Part shown: in pieces, positions 50,711 through 64,000 of the stretch
How positions within the stretch are numbered: position 1 is the stretch's first letter
How the letters are laid out: every line of letters starts with the position of its first letter
Assembly (NCBI RefSeq): GCF_006345805.1
Contig: NC_043022.1
Span: forward strand, 3,100,001-3,164,000
DNA from: Octopus sinensis
Taxonomy: Eukaryota
Direction of reading: 5' to 3'
Length of the DNA stretch: 64,000 bases
Notes under the pieces: generated by a model
What the model saw: the letters and a program-made list of their open reading frames with translations, nothing else
What the model was told of the DNA's origin: nothing
The model's database searches: none
Position numbers and translations under genes: made by a program

Positions 50711-53214
50711 TATAATTCTAGAAACATTTTCAGGATAAACCCCCGCCTTTCAAATAACGAATACATTCGGAATTCTCCAGAGAAATTGCCATCCCAGCCT
50801 TTTGTTCATTTATTATTTATCCCTCGTCTGAAATAGAAAAAAAGAAAAAAATTTGAAAAATTGCCAAAAGTAGTAAGAAACTCTCAAGAGAGCTGAGCAA
50901 CAGGTTTTCAGAGAACCCCTACCCACTGGCAAGTGTTTCAGCCTAATTTCTGAATTTCTGATACTCTAAGGGCCGCACCCAGGCCACGACACTTAAGGTG
51001 CCGTTCTGCTGACACTTTTTAGCCGTTTGGATATCCGAGATTCGTGCTTTTAAACCGCTTGGAGACTCCATCTGGTTGTAACTCCCCTACGGCCATACTG
51101 GAGCACTGCCTTAAAGGGTTTTAGCCGAATAAATCGACCCCCCCTCCAGGCCTTATTCTTTGCAAGCCTACCACTTATTGGCTCAGTTTTCAATCTTAAA
51201 GAAGAAATAACGTTAAGTTGTCTTGGTAACGGCGAAACGTCAATGCTGTCTCAATGACTCTCTCGAAGCTACTTCCCTTAGCATTGAAACTGAAAAATAT
51301 CGGTACGGAGGTCGTTTTTATTCTGAGTTCAAATTCCACCGAGGTCGACTTTACTTTTTATCCTTTCAGGGTCGATAACATAAGAACCAGTTGAACATTG
51401 GGGTTGAGGTAATTGACTTCTGAAAAAACCCTGGTGCTATCATGAAGTTCTTATGGACTTAGGCCTCTGAACCTATATCTTTATCTTTTACTTGCTTCAG
51501 TCATTGGACTACGGCCATGCTGGGGCACCACCTTGAAGGGGAAAGTCAAACAAATCGACCCCCCAGTACTTTATTTTCTTTTTAAAAAGGTCTGGTCCTT
51601 ATACTATAGGTGTTTCTTGCCGATCCGCTGTTACTGGGACATAAACGAAACCAACACCAGTTGTCAGGCAGTTATGTAGAGAGAACACAGGCAGATACAC
51701 ACGCGCACACACATATGTATACGATGAGATTCTACACAGTTTCCATCTACCGAATGAACTCACAAGACATTGGGAAGCTTGGGGCTATAGGAGAAAACAC
51801 TTTCCTTGGGTGCTGCGCATGGAGCTGAACCCGAAACCACATAGATGCAAAGCGTGCTTCTTTACCAAGCAGCCATACTTGCGCCCATTGTATGATTACA
51901 ATACAAATTAAAACTATTTTGAGGTCGGGTTATTTAGTATTTCACTAGTTATTGGCAGTCAGGAATTCACAGGTTGTTTCCCGAGTTAGGCCTGTGGAAC
52001 CTTTGATAGTACAGGAATGAGCAGAGCCCTTAAGAACAATATAGAGGCCTTTGAGAAAGCATCCCGACAAATCTGACTGAAAAGAAATGACTGGTGGGAT
52101 GAGTAGAATGCTGCTTAGATACAGGCCTACGTTTGATCAACCTAAGTCGAGTTGTCTGTATGAAGGTATATGTAATATGACACGAAACCACTATTAACTC
52201 CAGGATACAAAGCTGACGATGTGTCCAAGTATTACTCTTGTAGATGTATGTTGAACTATTATTATTTTAAATATTGGAACTACTAGTTTTCTTATAAATT
52301 TATATCAAATCCCATTAAAGGACCCCTTGTCTTGCTGCAAAAACTTCAGGATTTCATTTAGAAATGCTTCTCTAGTGCCCCAACACAAATTCAAATTGAA
52401 AATGATTGGCGGAGAGAACTTCCTCGAATCCCTAATGTAGAAATGGGAAATGAATACAATTTTGTTAAGTGTGTGTAATAAACGATCCATCTAACGATAA
52501 GGTCTAATTACAGAGTTGAGTGTATGTGCATATGTTTCAGGTAGATTGTGTTGGACAATAATACTGTGGAGGAGTGCATCCTTGATTCGAGGTAATTGAA
52601 AGAGATTGATCTTTCGTATTGTATGCTTAACAACAACAACTACAAAACGAATCTCCGATCTGAACTGGGCGCTATGGAAACCCATTCAAAACAATTAACT
52701 AACTAATCACTATAGATACATTTGCTGCAACTTCATTATCATCGCTTTCGCCATACTTGTTATCGACGACAAAAACAGCAGAGAGATTACAATTACAAAT
52801 CATTAAGGGTGAGATGGAGAGAGACGGAGAAGGAGAGCCACGGAGAAGGAGAGCCACGGAGAAGGAGAAAGAGAGAGAGTGAGAGTGAGTGTGTGTAGAA
52901 GCTATGGTGCTGTTGCTAAGTATCACATCTACCTATTTTCAAGTCGGACATGTAACCGGCAAATCAATACTGTATCCTTGGCTTCAATTGAAATAGGTTA
53001 TCTAATGAACGGCACCATATGTTGGTGATACACACACACACACACGCACGCATATGAGAGAGAGAGCAGTCTGAGAGATTGCATGGTGGCTATTTGGTTC
53101 CCTACCGTGTGTGTATATATGTATATGTGTCAAGCTATAAGACATTGGCATGCATAAAAGACCATCGTATGAGTGTGTGTGTGTGTGCGCACACTCATTG
53201 TATAAATATATAGA

Positions 53215-53266
<52 letters not shown>

Positions 53267-53342
53267 TCGCCATGTTGATTCGCTAGCTTCTGCACGCATT
53301 TTTTTTCTCTCCTTGTTTCTTTCTGTGTTTCTTTTCTGTGTA

Positions 53343-53380
53343 TCTTTCTGTTGAAGAGCGTAGGCTCGAAACGTAAAAGA
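53343..53380 (+). ncRNA. Minimal hammerhead motif, A6U core variant
   Basis: UCUUU-CUGUUGA-A-GAGC(GUAG)GCUC-GAAA-CG-UA-AAAGA: 5-bp stem I, 4-bp stem II, palindromic ACGU stem III. Confidence 0.6.
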
Positions 53381-53489
53381 CTTGTTTTATTTATATTCCT
53401 GAGCGCCATACTAATACAGTTGTTTGTTTGTACTCCACCTGCCTTCGTCTTTTGTTTATTTTCATAAAGCTTCCCTATATATATATATA

Positions 53490-53670
53490 TATAGTTAATC
53501 CAAACAAGAAAGCACAAAAAAACACAACAATGCGAGGACGTGGAACAAATATAGTATTATTGGACGCTCAGTAAAGAAGGAGAGTTTAACGTTTCGAGCG
53601 GAGCTCTTCGTCGGAAACATAGGAGAAGGAAAGATCCAGAGAAGGGAAGACAGAGGAAAAAGAATCGCCA
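53490..53670. mobile_element. Penelope-like pLTR fragment (family P2)
   Basis: Carries the U4C hammerhead motif; near-identical copy at 58870-59040; both abut (TA)n. Confidence 0.6.
53584..53618 (-). ncRNA. Minimal hammerhead motif, U4C core variant
   Basis: GUUU-CCGACGA-A-GAGC(UCC)GCUC-GAAA-CG-UU-AAAC. Confidence 0.5.
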
Positions 53671-53774
53671 ACGATATAAGTTCAGTAAAATTTAGATTCA
53701 GTTGAATATGGTACTTAAGTTAAAGGCACCAGAATTTGGTATGGTATTATCCATATAATTCAAAATGGGGTGAT

Positions 53775-53897
53775 TATAATCAAAATAAGCCACAAGGATA
53801 TCCAGAGGTAATGCAGTACGATCGTTTCATGCGGCGATTACATGAAACGATCGTACTGCATTACCTCTGGATATCCTTGTGGCTTATTTTGATTATA
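53775..53897. repeat. Perfect inverted repeat, 57-bp arms, 9-nt spacer
   Basis: 53775-53831 is the exact reverse complement of 53841-53897. Confidence 0.97.
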
Positions 53898-54672
53898 TAT
53901 ATATATATATAGGCGCAGGAGTGGCTGTGTGGTAAGTAGCTTGCTAACCAACCACATGGTTCCGGGTTCAGTCCCACTGCGTGGCATCTTGAGCAAGTGT
54001 CTTCTGCTATAGCCCCGGGCCAACCAATGCCTTGTGAGTGGATTTGGTAGACGGAAACTGAAAGAAGCCTGTCGTATATATGTATATATATGTATGTGTT
54101 TGTGTGTCTGTGTTTGTCCCCCTAGCATTGCTTGACAACCGATGCTAGTGTGTTTACGTCCCCGTCACTTAGCGGTTCGGCAAAATAGACCGATAGAATA
54201 ATTACTGGACTTACAAAGAATAAGTCCCGGGGTCGATTTGCTCGACTAAAGGCGGTGCTCCGGCTTGGCCGCAGTCAAATGACTGAAACGAGTAAAAGAG
54301 TAAAGAGTATATGTGTGTGTATCATCATTTAACGTTCATATTTCATGCTGGAATGGATTGGTCAGTTTGACCGCAGTTTCTGCTTTGACACAATTTCTAC
54401 GGCTGAATACCCTTCCTAGCTCCAACCCCTTTGCATTCTGTATATGTACTGTATATGCCTTTTTTTTGTTTGTTTTTGTGCCACCACCACTCGTGACTTC
54501 GTTGTGCAGCTTCCTGTAAAGGAAAGCATTACCTTTGAGGGTGGGATGGGCTTAAATTATGACAGAAGGGGCTAGAGCTGAATAGGTTCTTTGCTGTTGA
54601 GGAGCTACGTGACTGCATATACCTAAACGAGTTTTAAAATGAACGAACATTTATATGCGGCACAAATAGTAT

Positions 54673-54997
54673 AGGTGAAGGCGCGTGGCTTAGTGGTTAA
54701 GGTGTTCGAGTAAAGATCGTAAGGTGGTGAGTTCGGTTCCCGGTAGCGCATTGTGTCCTTGAGCAAGACACTTTATTCCACGTTGCCCCAGTTCACTCAG
54801 CTGGAAAAAATGATTTGTACTTATATTTCAGAAGGATCAGTCTTGTCACGTTCTTTGTCTCGCTGCATCTCCCTGAGAACTACATTAAGGGTACATTAAG
54901 GGTGGAATGTTCAGTCACTTGCATGTCAATTTCGCGAGCAGGTTCTTTCGTAGATCGGAACCACTGGGACTCTTGTCGTCATAACTGACGGAGAACC
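54673..54997 (+). mobile_element. Old chimeric SINE (family E head, family C-like tail)
   Basis: GTGAAGGCGCGTGGCTTAGTGG head; tail ...GAGAACTACATTAAGGGTAC...GTCGTCATAACTGACGGAG. Confidence 0.65.
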
Positions 54998-57708
54998 AGT
55001 GTTAATAATATGTCATATATAAGTCTTTGTCAATATTGTGCCTCTTTATTACACGCCCCAGCTAGACATTTCTTGTTTTGCAGAATTATTCTTTCCCCGA
55101 TAAAGCTGTTGGATTTTAAGAATCTGGATTAGTCCCAACGCTAATCTGGCGGTTCCATCTATTATACCCTTATATGTTTAAACCTGTTTGTAGCGGGTTC
55201 GAATTTGCCTTTTGTTAGAATAAGTACCACCTTAAAAAAAAAATAATTACCTCTCAAAAAAAAAAAAAATCCTCCTCACCCCAAAAGCTATGGTTTGTGC
55301 ATTTCTTAGGAACCAATATTGTTCATTGTTGATAAGTTCGATATTAAACATCACAAATTTTACATTTGCCAAGTTGTTAGTCTCTAAGAGATTGATAAAG
55401 TTGGTAGAACGTCGAACCAAATGCTTTGCGAATGGCATTCAGTTTGTAGCCTTTACGTTATGATATCATATCTTGCTAACGTCCACGTTGCCTCCCGTTG
55501 TAGTACAGCACTTTACATGGAAGCACTCCGACGATGAGGTTTCCGGTTGATCCGAATCAACGGAACAGCCTGCTCGTAAAATTAACGTGTAAGTGGCTGA
55601 GCACTCCACAGACACGTGTACCCTTAACATAGTTCTCGGGGATATTCAGCGTGACACAGAGAGTGACAAGGCCGGCCCCTTGAAATACAGGTACAACAGA
55701 AACAGGAAGTAAGAGTGAGAGAAATTGTGGCGAAAGAGTACAGCAGGGATCGCCACCATCCCTGCTGGAGCCTCGTGGAGCTTTTAGGTGTTTTCGCTCA
55801 ATAAACACTCACAACGTTCGGTCTGGGAATCGAAACTGCGATCCTACGACCGCAAGTCCGCTGTCCTAACCACTGGGCCATTGCGCCTCCACTATCACTT
55901 TACATATTTGCTTTATTAAAGGCGCCGTTTTTGTTGTTGTGGTGTGACAATCGTGTCAGCTCTGCCAAAATAATATGACTATTGAGAGGTGATGTCACCG
56001 TTATTCATTGAAATGAGGAAATATTTCGGCGACGGCTGGCTTTTTTTCTCCTTTCTTTTTTCTTTCTTTTTGTTAAACAGCTGATGTGGATTTGTAAAGA
56101 CTACAGTAACAGTCACGAATTGTAGGGACATTAGCAACAGTAGCAACGTGAGCGAGTAGTAATAGTAACAGCAGGAGGGACACTAGCAACAATCGCGAAC
56201 TGTAGCAACAGTTGTGTACAATCGTAGTAACAGCTGCGATTATAACGAGTTGTAACGTTAGCAATTTTGTCGACAGTGACAACAGGAGCAGCACGAGCAA
56301 CATAGCAAGAATAGAGATAGCAACAATGGTTGCAATACTAGCAACATTAGCAACATTAATATTCCAGTTACAACATTAGCAACAAGGATGGTTGTAATGA
56401 CGTGGCGACAACTGGTCAGAGGGAATGTCACCAACAGCAACAACAACAGAAATAATAATAACAATAGCAACACCATCGAGATTAGCAACAATAGTAGGCG
56501 CAGGAGTGGCTGTGTGGTAAGTAGCTTGCTAACCAACCACATGGTTCCGGGTTCAGTCCCACTGCGTGGCATCTGGGCAAGTGTCTTCTGCTATAGCCCC
56601 AGGCAGACCAATGCCTTGTGAGTGGATTTGGTAGACGGAAACTGAAAGAAGCCTGTCGTATATATGTGTATATATATATATATATGTATGTGTGTGTTTG
56701 TGTATCTGTGTTTGTCCCCCTAGCATTGCTTGACAACCGATGCTGGTGTGTTTACGTCCCCGTTACTTAGCGGTTCGGCAAAAGAGACCGATAGAATAAG
56801 TACTGGGCTTACAAAAGAATAAGTCCCGGGGTCGATTTGCTTGGTTAAAGGCGGTGCTCCAGCATGGCCGCAGTCAAATGACTGAAACAAGTAAAAGAGA
56901 GAAAAGAAAAGAGTGCTAAGAAAGGTGACGAAATTAGCAACGGTGACGATGGGGTCCTACGGACTTACTGCAAATACGGTGGTTGTTGTTTAGGCCCAAG
57001 TGAATCCTGCTTCACTAAACAAATTATCAGTAAAGTTGCAGCTGTGACAATCACATCGAGGATTACATTACCGAACGTGTCCCCCCCCCACCACTTTTAC
57101 CCCCCCCCTCCCAGCAAAAAAAATCGCAGGGTATGGAGCTGATTACATCGGTTTCAATACCTAACTGGCTGTTCATTCGAATTACGTACATATTTCTTTT
57201 TCTTCACCTGAGGTGCTGCACAATATACGCGCACACACATACACACTCACGCACACACACACATACACACACACACTCACGCACACACATACACACACAC
57301 TCACGCACACCATCCTTGCACATATTCATTCCACTACTGGACGAATACCTCAGCATCTTCTCTCCACCAACTGCGATCTGATGTTTTCCTCATCCTTTTT
57401 TTTGGATGACAAAGAATTTAACAAAGTCTTCCTTCCAACTTCTGCATGGTTCTTCTTCTCTTTATTTCTGGACATGGTGTCCACTTTATCAGTTTACCAT
57501 TCCATCTACTGTCCTTTCTTCTAAACACATCCCGTGAAAGACCATTTCAAGATTTTTATTTTCCAAATAATATCCCTTAAACCTGTTGCCACTTTTATCC
57601 TACTGTTTCTCTACTTATCCATTTCGGTAATCTGCAGCTATCACCATTAATACATAGAATGGCAGATAATACATTAAAGCGAAAGCAATTGCCAGGCATG
57701 AACGGGTT

Positions 57709-58205
57709 TAATAATAATAATAATAATAATAATTGTGTACAGTGCTCAGGTGCACTACAACTCATCTAAAGTGTATATATAATCAGGTGTAGTTTCGGCG
57801 GATTTCGGAAAGCATGAAGGCCTTAAAGGATGCAGTGTCATGGCAGTCAACAACTGACGCAGGCAGTTTATTCCATGCTTCAGCAACTCTGAGCGTGAAG
57901 AAATGTTTCCGAAAGTCATGGGAGCTGTGCTGTTTTCTGACTTTGTAGGCATGTCCACGTGTGTTAGACACATGGAGATCAAAAAGGTGTTCAGTGTTGT
58001 TTTTGGTGAGGTGGTTGATAACTTTGTGGGTGTTTACCAAGTCCGTCGCCAGACGCCAGAGCTTCAGTGAATCCATGCCCAGGGAAACAAGGCGCTCAGA
58101 ATATGGTAGGTGTCTGATGGAGGGTATGCGTTTGGTTGGACGTCTCTGGACAGATTCCAGGAGGTCAATGTTCTGAGCAAGATAGGAGTTCCAAACTGGA
58201 ACAAA
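57709..58205 (-). mobile_element. CR1 LINE 3' fragment
   Basis: VWNSYLAQNIDLLESVQRRPTKRIP...YSERL...TRGHAYKVRKQ...FFTLRVAEAWNKLP, then 3' UTR and (ATT)n. Confidence 0.9.
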
Positions 58206-58839
58206 TCTACTCCCACCCGCTCTATCGGTTTCTTTTCGCCGAACCGCTAAGTAAACAAACCAATACTGGTTGCCAAATGGGGGTAGGATACGAACCCCCC
58301 CACACACACACACACGTACATACATATACGACGGGCTTCTTTTCAGTTTCCATCTTCCAAATCCACTCAAAAGGCTTCGGTCGGCCCTGGAGCTGTATTA
58401 GAAGACACTTGCCAGGACTGAACCCAAAACCATATGGTTGGGAAGCAAGCTTCTTACCACAGATCCATGCCTGCGTATATAATCAATCAATGTATATATA
58501 TATATATATATCATCATCATCATCATCGTTTAGCGTCCGTTTTCCATGCCAGCATGGGTTGGACGGTTCTACTGGGGTCTGTGAAGCCAGAAGGCTTCAT
58601 CAGGCCCAGTCAAATCTGGCAGTGTTTCTACGGCTGGATGCCCTTCCTAACGCCAACCACTCCGAGAGTGTAGTGGGTGCTTTTTACGTGCCACCCGCAC
58701 AGGTGCCAGACAGAGCTGGCAAACGGCCACGAACGGATGGTGCTTTTTATGTGCCACCGGCACGAGGGCCAGGCGAGGCTGGCAACGGACACGAAACGGG
58801 GCGGTGCTGGCAACGGTCGCGAAACGGAAGGTTCTCTTA

Positions 58840-58870
<31 letters not shown>

Positions 58871-58962
58871 AAGTTAATCCAAACAAGAAAGCACAAAAAA
58901 ACACAACAATGCGAGGACGTGGAACAAATATAGTATTATTGGACGCTCAGGAAAGAAGGAGG

Positions 58963-58997
58963 GTTTAACGTTTTGAGCGGAGCTCTTCGTCGGAAAC
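58963..58997 (-). ncRNA. Degenerate copy of the 53584 hammerhead motif (G12A)
   Basis: Same as 53584-53618 but GAAA->AAAA. Confidence 0.4.
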
Positions 58998-59432
58998 ATA
59001 GGAGAAGGAAAGATCCAGAGAAGGGAAGACAGAGGAAAAAGAATGTTGCACAAATAAGAAACGAAAAGCCGGCTCTTAACTGGTACGAGCTTCATCGACC
59101 CAGGAAGGATGAAAGTCAAACTCGACCACGTTTGTGATCTGAACTGCCAACTTACAGACGTTTATATAAACTAAATATTCTGCAAGCCATGGCGTTCGAC
59201 CCTTCTTTGCACTTTGACGCCTCCTGATATTAAATGATAATAGCGACAATTTGTCGTGTTCCTTTCAAAAGTTATGTAAATATTTTTTCGTTTTACTGTC
59301 ACAACATTGGAAGACAGACAGACAGGCAGGCAACCTTAAGACCGTTCGTCCGCCATATTGATGTTTAATAATAAAACAGCAAAACAACGGTGAATGACTT
59401 GTGTTTGAATATACACACACACAGACACACAC

Positions 59433-59463
<31 letters not shown>

Positions 59464-59792
59464 TATATATATACACGCACCACACACATTATAGATATAT
59501 AATATATATATACAACACAACACACATATATATATATACACACACACCACATATATATATATATACACACACACACACAATATTATATATATATAAACAC
59601 ACACACCACACCACACATATATATATACCACCACACACACACACACACACACACACATATCTATATAATCGAACGTTGTTTGTTGACGCATACACGTACA
59701 CACAAACACACGCACTTACATGTATACACTTATTACATATACAAGCATACATACACACACACAATATATTTCTACACATACGCGTAATATGG

Positions 59793-59827
<35 letters not shown>

Positions 59828-59892
59828 TAAATGTACCCGCATGCGTTCGTACACACTACCCCCCCCATATATTATATATATAGATATATATA

Positions 59893-59938
<46 letters not shown>

Positions 59939-60186
59939 GGATACCCGTAAACGCTTAACAGGTACATTATTACACACGCATACACGAACATCCATATCGC
60001 GCATAAGACCACAGGTAGATGCATAAACACACACACCCACACACACACACACACACACAGAGAAAGCTGAAAGCCATGTTTTTTAATGGTTAAAGGATTA
60101 TTGCAAGCGGGGTGTTGCTTTTTTTATGATGAACTGTGGATGACTTAACGCGAGGTGGGTGGCTGAAGAGAGCAAGCTGCTGGGAC

Positions 60187-60454
60187 CGCTACTGCTGCTG
60201 CTGCTGCTACTACTACTACTACCACTACCACTACTACTACTACCACTACTACTACTACCTCTACTACTACTACCACCATCACTACTACTACTACCACTAC
60301 TACTACCACTACTACTACTACCTCTACTACTACTACCACCATCACTACTACTACTACCACTACTACTACCACTACTACTACTACCTCTACTACTACTACC
60401 ACTACTACTACTACCTCTACTACTACTACCACTACCATCACTACTACTACCACC

Positions 60455-60495
<41 letters not shown>

Positions 60496-60540
60496 TACCA
60501 CCACCACCACTACTATTACCACCACTACTACTACTACTAA
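60187..60540. repeat. (CTA/CCA)n trinucleotide tract with a 63-bp higher-order period
   Basis: CCTCTAC at 60258, 60321, 60384, then 60414. Confidence 0.9.
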
Positions 60541-60870
60541 GTCAAGGACGTTAAACGACAATGGCTGCCCCAGTAAAGCAGACGATACACTTCACTTGGT
60601 TCCTTCCGAATTTAGTTATGCTTTTATTTTCTACACTTCACGCATTAAAACATTATTTACAGTTTAATAGTGAGAACAAAATAAGAGTCACCAAGTCTTT
60701 ACTGGTTTTTGTGTGGAAATTTTTCCTCCCACTCTATTATTATTATTATTATTATCCGCCGAGGTTGACTTTACCTTTCAACTTTCGGGGTCGATAAATT
60801 AAGTACCAGTGAAGCATTGGGGTCGATGTAATTGACTAGTCCCCTTCCCCCTAAATTTTTCCTCCCACTC

Positions 60871-60903
<33 letters not shown>

Positions 60904-61894
60904 CATTATCTGCCGAGGTCGACTTTACCTTTCACACTTTCGGGGTCGATAAATTAAGTACCAGTGAAGCATTGGGGTCGATGTAATTGACTAGTCCCCT
61001 TCCCCCTAGTGCCTTTAGTAGAAAAGATTATTATTATTATTGAGTGAGAGAGCCATCAAAGTGACACTGGGGTACAAATATACGAAGCCCATTATACCCA
61101 TCATGACTAACCGTCTGATAAGGGTACATCAGGCACATGCATCACATCCATATGTATGCGATATGGTGATCTCATATCAAGATAAACAGCGCATGACCTT
61201 GCAGATGGGGCCAGGTTAGAATTTTCTTCAGGTCGAGTAGCCCATCCTGTTCAAAAGGTCCCTGAATAAGGGTTGTTTAAGGATGATGAACGAATCATGT
61301 TTCCAGGGGTGATTTATTCAAACCCCAAAGAATCCCTCTCAACACATGGCTATGATGCTCATCAACTATACCTGTTCATGATCAGAGATGCACATATCGT
61401 CAGCCACAAAGGGACATGCTCAACTGGTTATGGTCAAGCAGTTGACAAACAAATCTGTGGTATTGAGCAGAATATTTGCTGTTTTGCCTTTCATCCTTTC
61501 GGCGTCGATAAATTAAGTACCAGTTGAGTACTGGGGTTGATGTGATTGACTATCCCCCTCCCCTTAAAATCCAGGCCCTGTGTCTGTAATAGAAAAGACT
61601 ATAATTGAAACCGCTTAACGGTATTTTCGTCCATATTTCTTGGTCTACATTATCCTATATTCATTCATTTCATTTACTCTTTTACTTGTTTCAGTCATTT
61701 GACTGTGGCCATGCTGGAGCACCGCCTTTAGTCGAGCAAATCGACCCCCAGGACTTATTCTTTGTAAGCCTAGTACTTATTCTATCAGTCTCTTTTGCCG
61801 AACCGCTAAGTGACGGGGACGTAAACACACCAGCATCGGTTGTCAAGCGATATTGGGTGAGGGAGGCAAACACAGACACACAAACATACACACC

Positions 61895-61941
<47 letters not shown>

Positions 61942-62068
61942 CAATTAAGGACAACTACTTAATAAGTAATTAGTAATTTTTTGGTAGAAATGACTGATTG
62001 TCCCTCTTAGCGTATGGCGTGTATGTAGAATGCCTCCTGGCATGTATGTATAATGCCCTCTATAAGAA

Positions 62069-62099
<31 letters not shown>

Positions 62100-62811
62100 A
62101 TATATACGACGGGCTTCTTTCAGTTTCCATCTACCAAATCCACTCACACAAGGCTTTGGTCGGCCCGAGGCTATAGCGGAAAGACACTTGCCAAGGTGCC
62201 ACGCAGTGGGACTGAACCCGGAGCCATGTGGTTGGTAAGCAAGCTACTTACCACACAGCCACTCCTGCGCCTATGTGTAATTTTTCAAACAATCTTTGGG
62301 CACTTGTTATGGTTATGGTATTGACTTATAAAAATGTTTTATATACTTTATCTGTATATCATGGTTACATAACAAAATACCGCCTTTCTACAGTGTCATT
62401 AATGTTAGCGCATTAGGGCAGTACCATATTTAGACCTCAGCCGACCAACCTACAGTCTAAGGTCTCATAATTAAAAGACATATTTTTAAAAATTACGATA
62501 TCTTCTTGTAGCAATTTTTATTTTAAAGAGAGCTTCATTCATATTTATATGATCTAAAGCACCACCAATTCTAAATCTAGGCACAGTGTTAGGATGTAGT
62601 TTAAGCAAGATTTAGCCGCTATTTATAGCAGATCTAGCGACTGTGGAGAGGCTCCGACTCAGGCCTCGTTGGTTCGAATGCATGTTTGATGTTTGGCTTA
62701 TATTTCTCGACTTTCTCACCAATGGACAAAGAAGCGGTTTCAAACCTGGAATCAAGGCGCTTTGATTGGAATTTACACATCATCTACAGTGTTTGTTTGT
62801 TATTTCTTTAC

Positions 62812-63388
62812 AGCCCACAAGGGGTTACACACAGAGAGGACAAACGGATTAAGTCGATTATATCGACCCAGTGCGTAACTGGTACTTATTTAATCGACCC
62901 ACGAAAGGATGAAAGGCAAAGTCGACCTCGGCGGAATTTGAACTCGGAACGTAACAGCAGACGAAATACCTACTATTTATTTACTACCCACAAGGGGATA
63001 AACACAGAGGGAACAAACAAGGACAGACAAACGGATCAAGTCGATTACATCGACCCCAGTGCGTAACTGGTACTTAATTTATTGACCCTGAAAGGATGAA
63101 AGGCAAAGTCGACCTCGGCGTAATTTGAACTCAGAACGTAACGGCAGACGAAATACCTATTTCTTTATTACCCACAAGGGGCTAAACACAGAGGGGACAA
63201 ACAAGGACAGACATAGGTATTAAGTCGATTACATCGACCCCAGTGCGTAACTGGTACTTAATTTATCGAACCCCGAAAGGATGAAAGGCAAAGTCGACCT
63301 CGGCGGAATTTGAACTCAGAACGTAACGGCAGACAAAATACCGCTAAGCATTTCGCCCGGCGCGCTAACGTTTCTGCCAGTTCGCCAC
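62812..63388 (-). repeat. Head-to-tail array of 3 SINE B units
   Basis: Minus-strand junctions AAAGAAATAG|GTATTTCG (~63155) and AAATAGTAG|GTATTTCG (~62970). Confidence 0.9.
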
Positions 63389-64000
63389 ATTCAGTGTTTG
63401 TATGCATGTATATGCAACTGCATGCATTCATGGGTATATGTATGCGTGTAAGCACTGTGTGTATGAATGCATGTAATCGTTGTATGGATGCATGAAAAGA
63501 TGTATGTATATGTGCACACGCATACATTTGTGTATGCGTGGAATGTCATTGCATGTGTGGATATACTCTTTACTCTTTTACTTGTTTCAGTCATTTGACT
63601 GCGGCCATGCTGGAGCACCACCTTTAGTCGAGCAAATCGACCCCGGGACTTATTCTTTGTAAGCCCAGTACTCATTCTATCGCTCTCTTTTGCCGAACCG
63701 CTAAGTGACGGGGGACGTAAACACACCAGCATCGGTTGTCAAGCAATGCTAGGGGGACAAACACAGACACACACACTTATATATACATATATACGACAGG
63801 CTTCTTTCAGTTTCTGTCTACCAAATCCACTCACAAGGCATTGGTTGGCCCGGGGCTATAGCAGAAGACACTTGCCCAAGATGCCACGCAGTGGGACTGA
63901 ACCCGGAACCATACAAGCTACTTACCACACAGCCACTCCTGCACCTATATATATATATATTTTTTTTTATTTATTTGTGTGTATTTTATACTTTTACTTG

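Noticed and set aside
52000-52110. Peptide resembling a retroelement C-terminus (AFEKASRQI*LKRNDWW)
   Set aside because: Too short and contains stops.
56073-56500. Asn/Ser/Gln-rich or Leu-rich ORFs
   Set aside because: Degenerate (AGC/AAC) trinucleotide low-complexity DNA without credible splice signals.
60136-60561. Poly-Tyr/His, poly-Leu/Pro and poly-Val ORFs
   Set aside because: All frames are open because of the CTA/CCA repeat; no splice or homology support.

Overview
Repeat-saturated, AT-rich animal genomic DNA. It is very probably octopus: the SINE families, (TA)n/(CA)n/(CT)n density and LINE fragments look like Octopus genomes, but this is recognition, not a database search. One host gene is supported: a coding exon of a Bicaudal-D-related dynein adaptor (BICDR/BICDL) at 28288-28566 (+). 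Its CC1-box motif is followed by a canonical GTAAGT donor, and no next exon was found in the remaining ~35 kb. The rest is nested mobile DNA: tRNA-derived SINE families (informal labels A, B/B2, C/C2, E), an RTE-associated repeat (D), CR1 and RTE LINE fragments, mariner/Tc1 remnants, piggyBac- and hAT-type MITEs, and Penelope-like pLTR fragments. Highlights: (1) hammerhead-ribozyme motifs in Penelope-like fragments, one with an intact core and palindromic stem III at 39645-39744; (2) a SINE family whose insertion sites begin with GT/GTATT, a motif in its own body, which may explain its head-to-tail arrays; (3) an 8-copy 173-bp array made from CR1 ORF2, with the same junction at a second locus; (4) an 89-bp G-rich array over a possible cryptic exon; (5) a ~340-bp composite array; (6) a perfect 57-bp-arm inverted repeat. 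No rRNA, true tRNA or CRISPR features. Most short ORFs in the track are repeat artefacts. Repeat boundaries are approximate.
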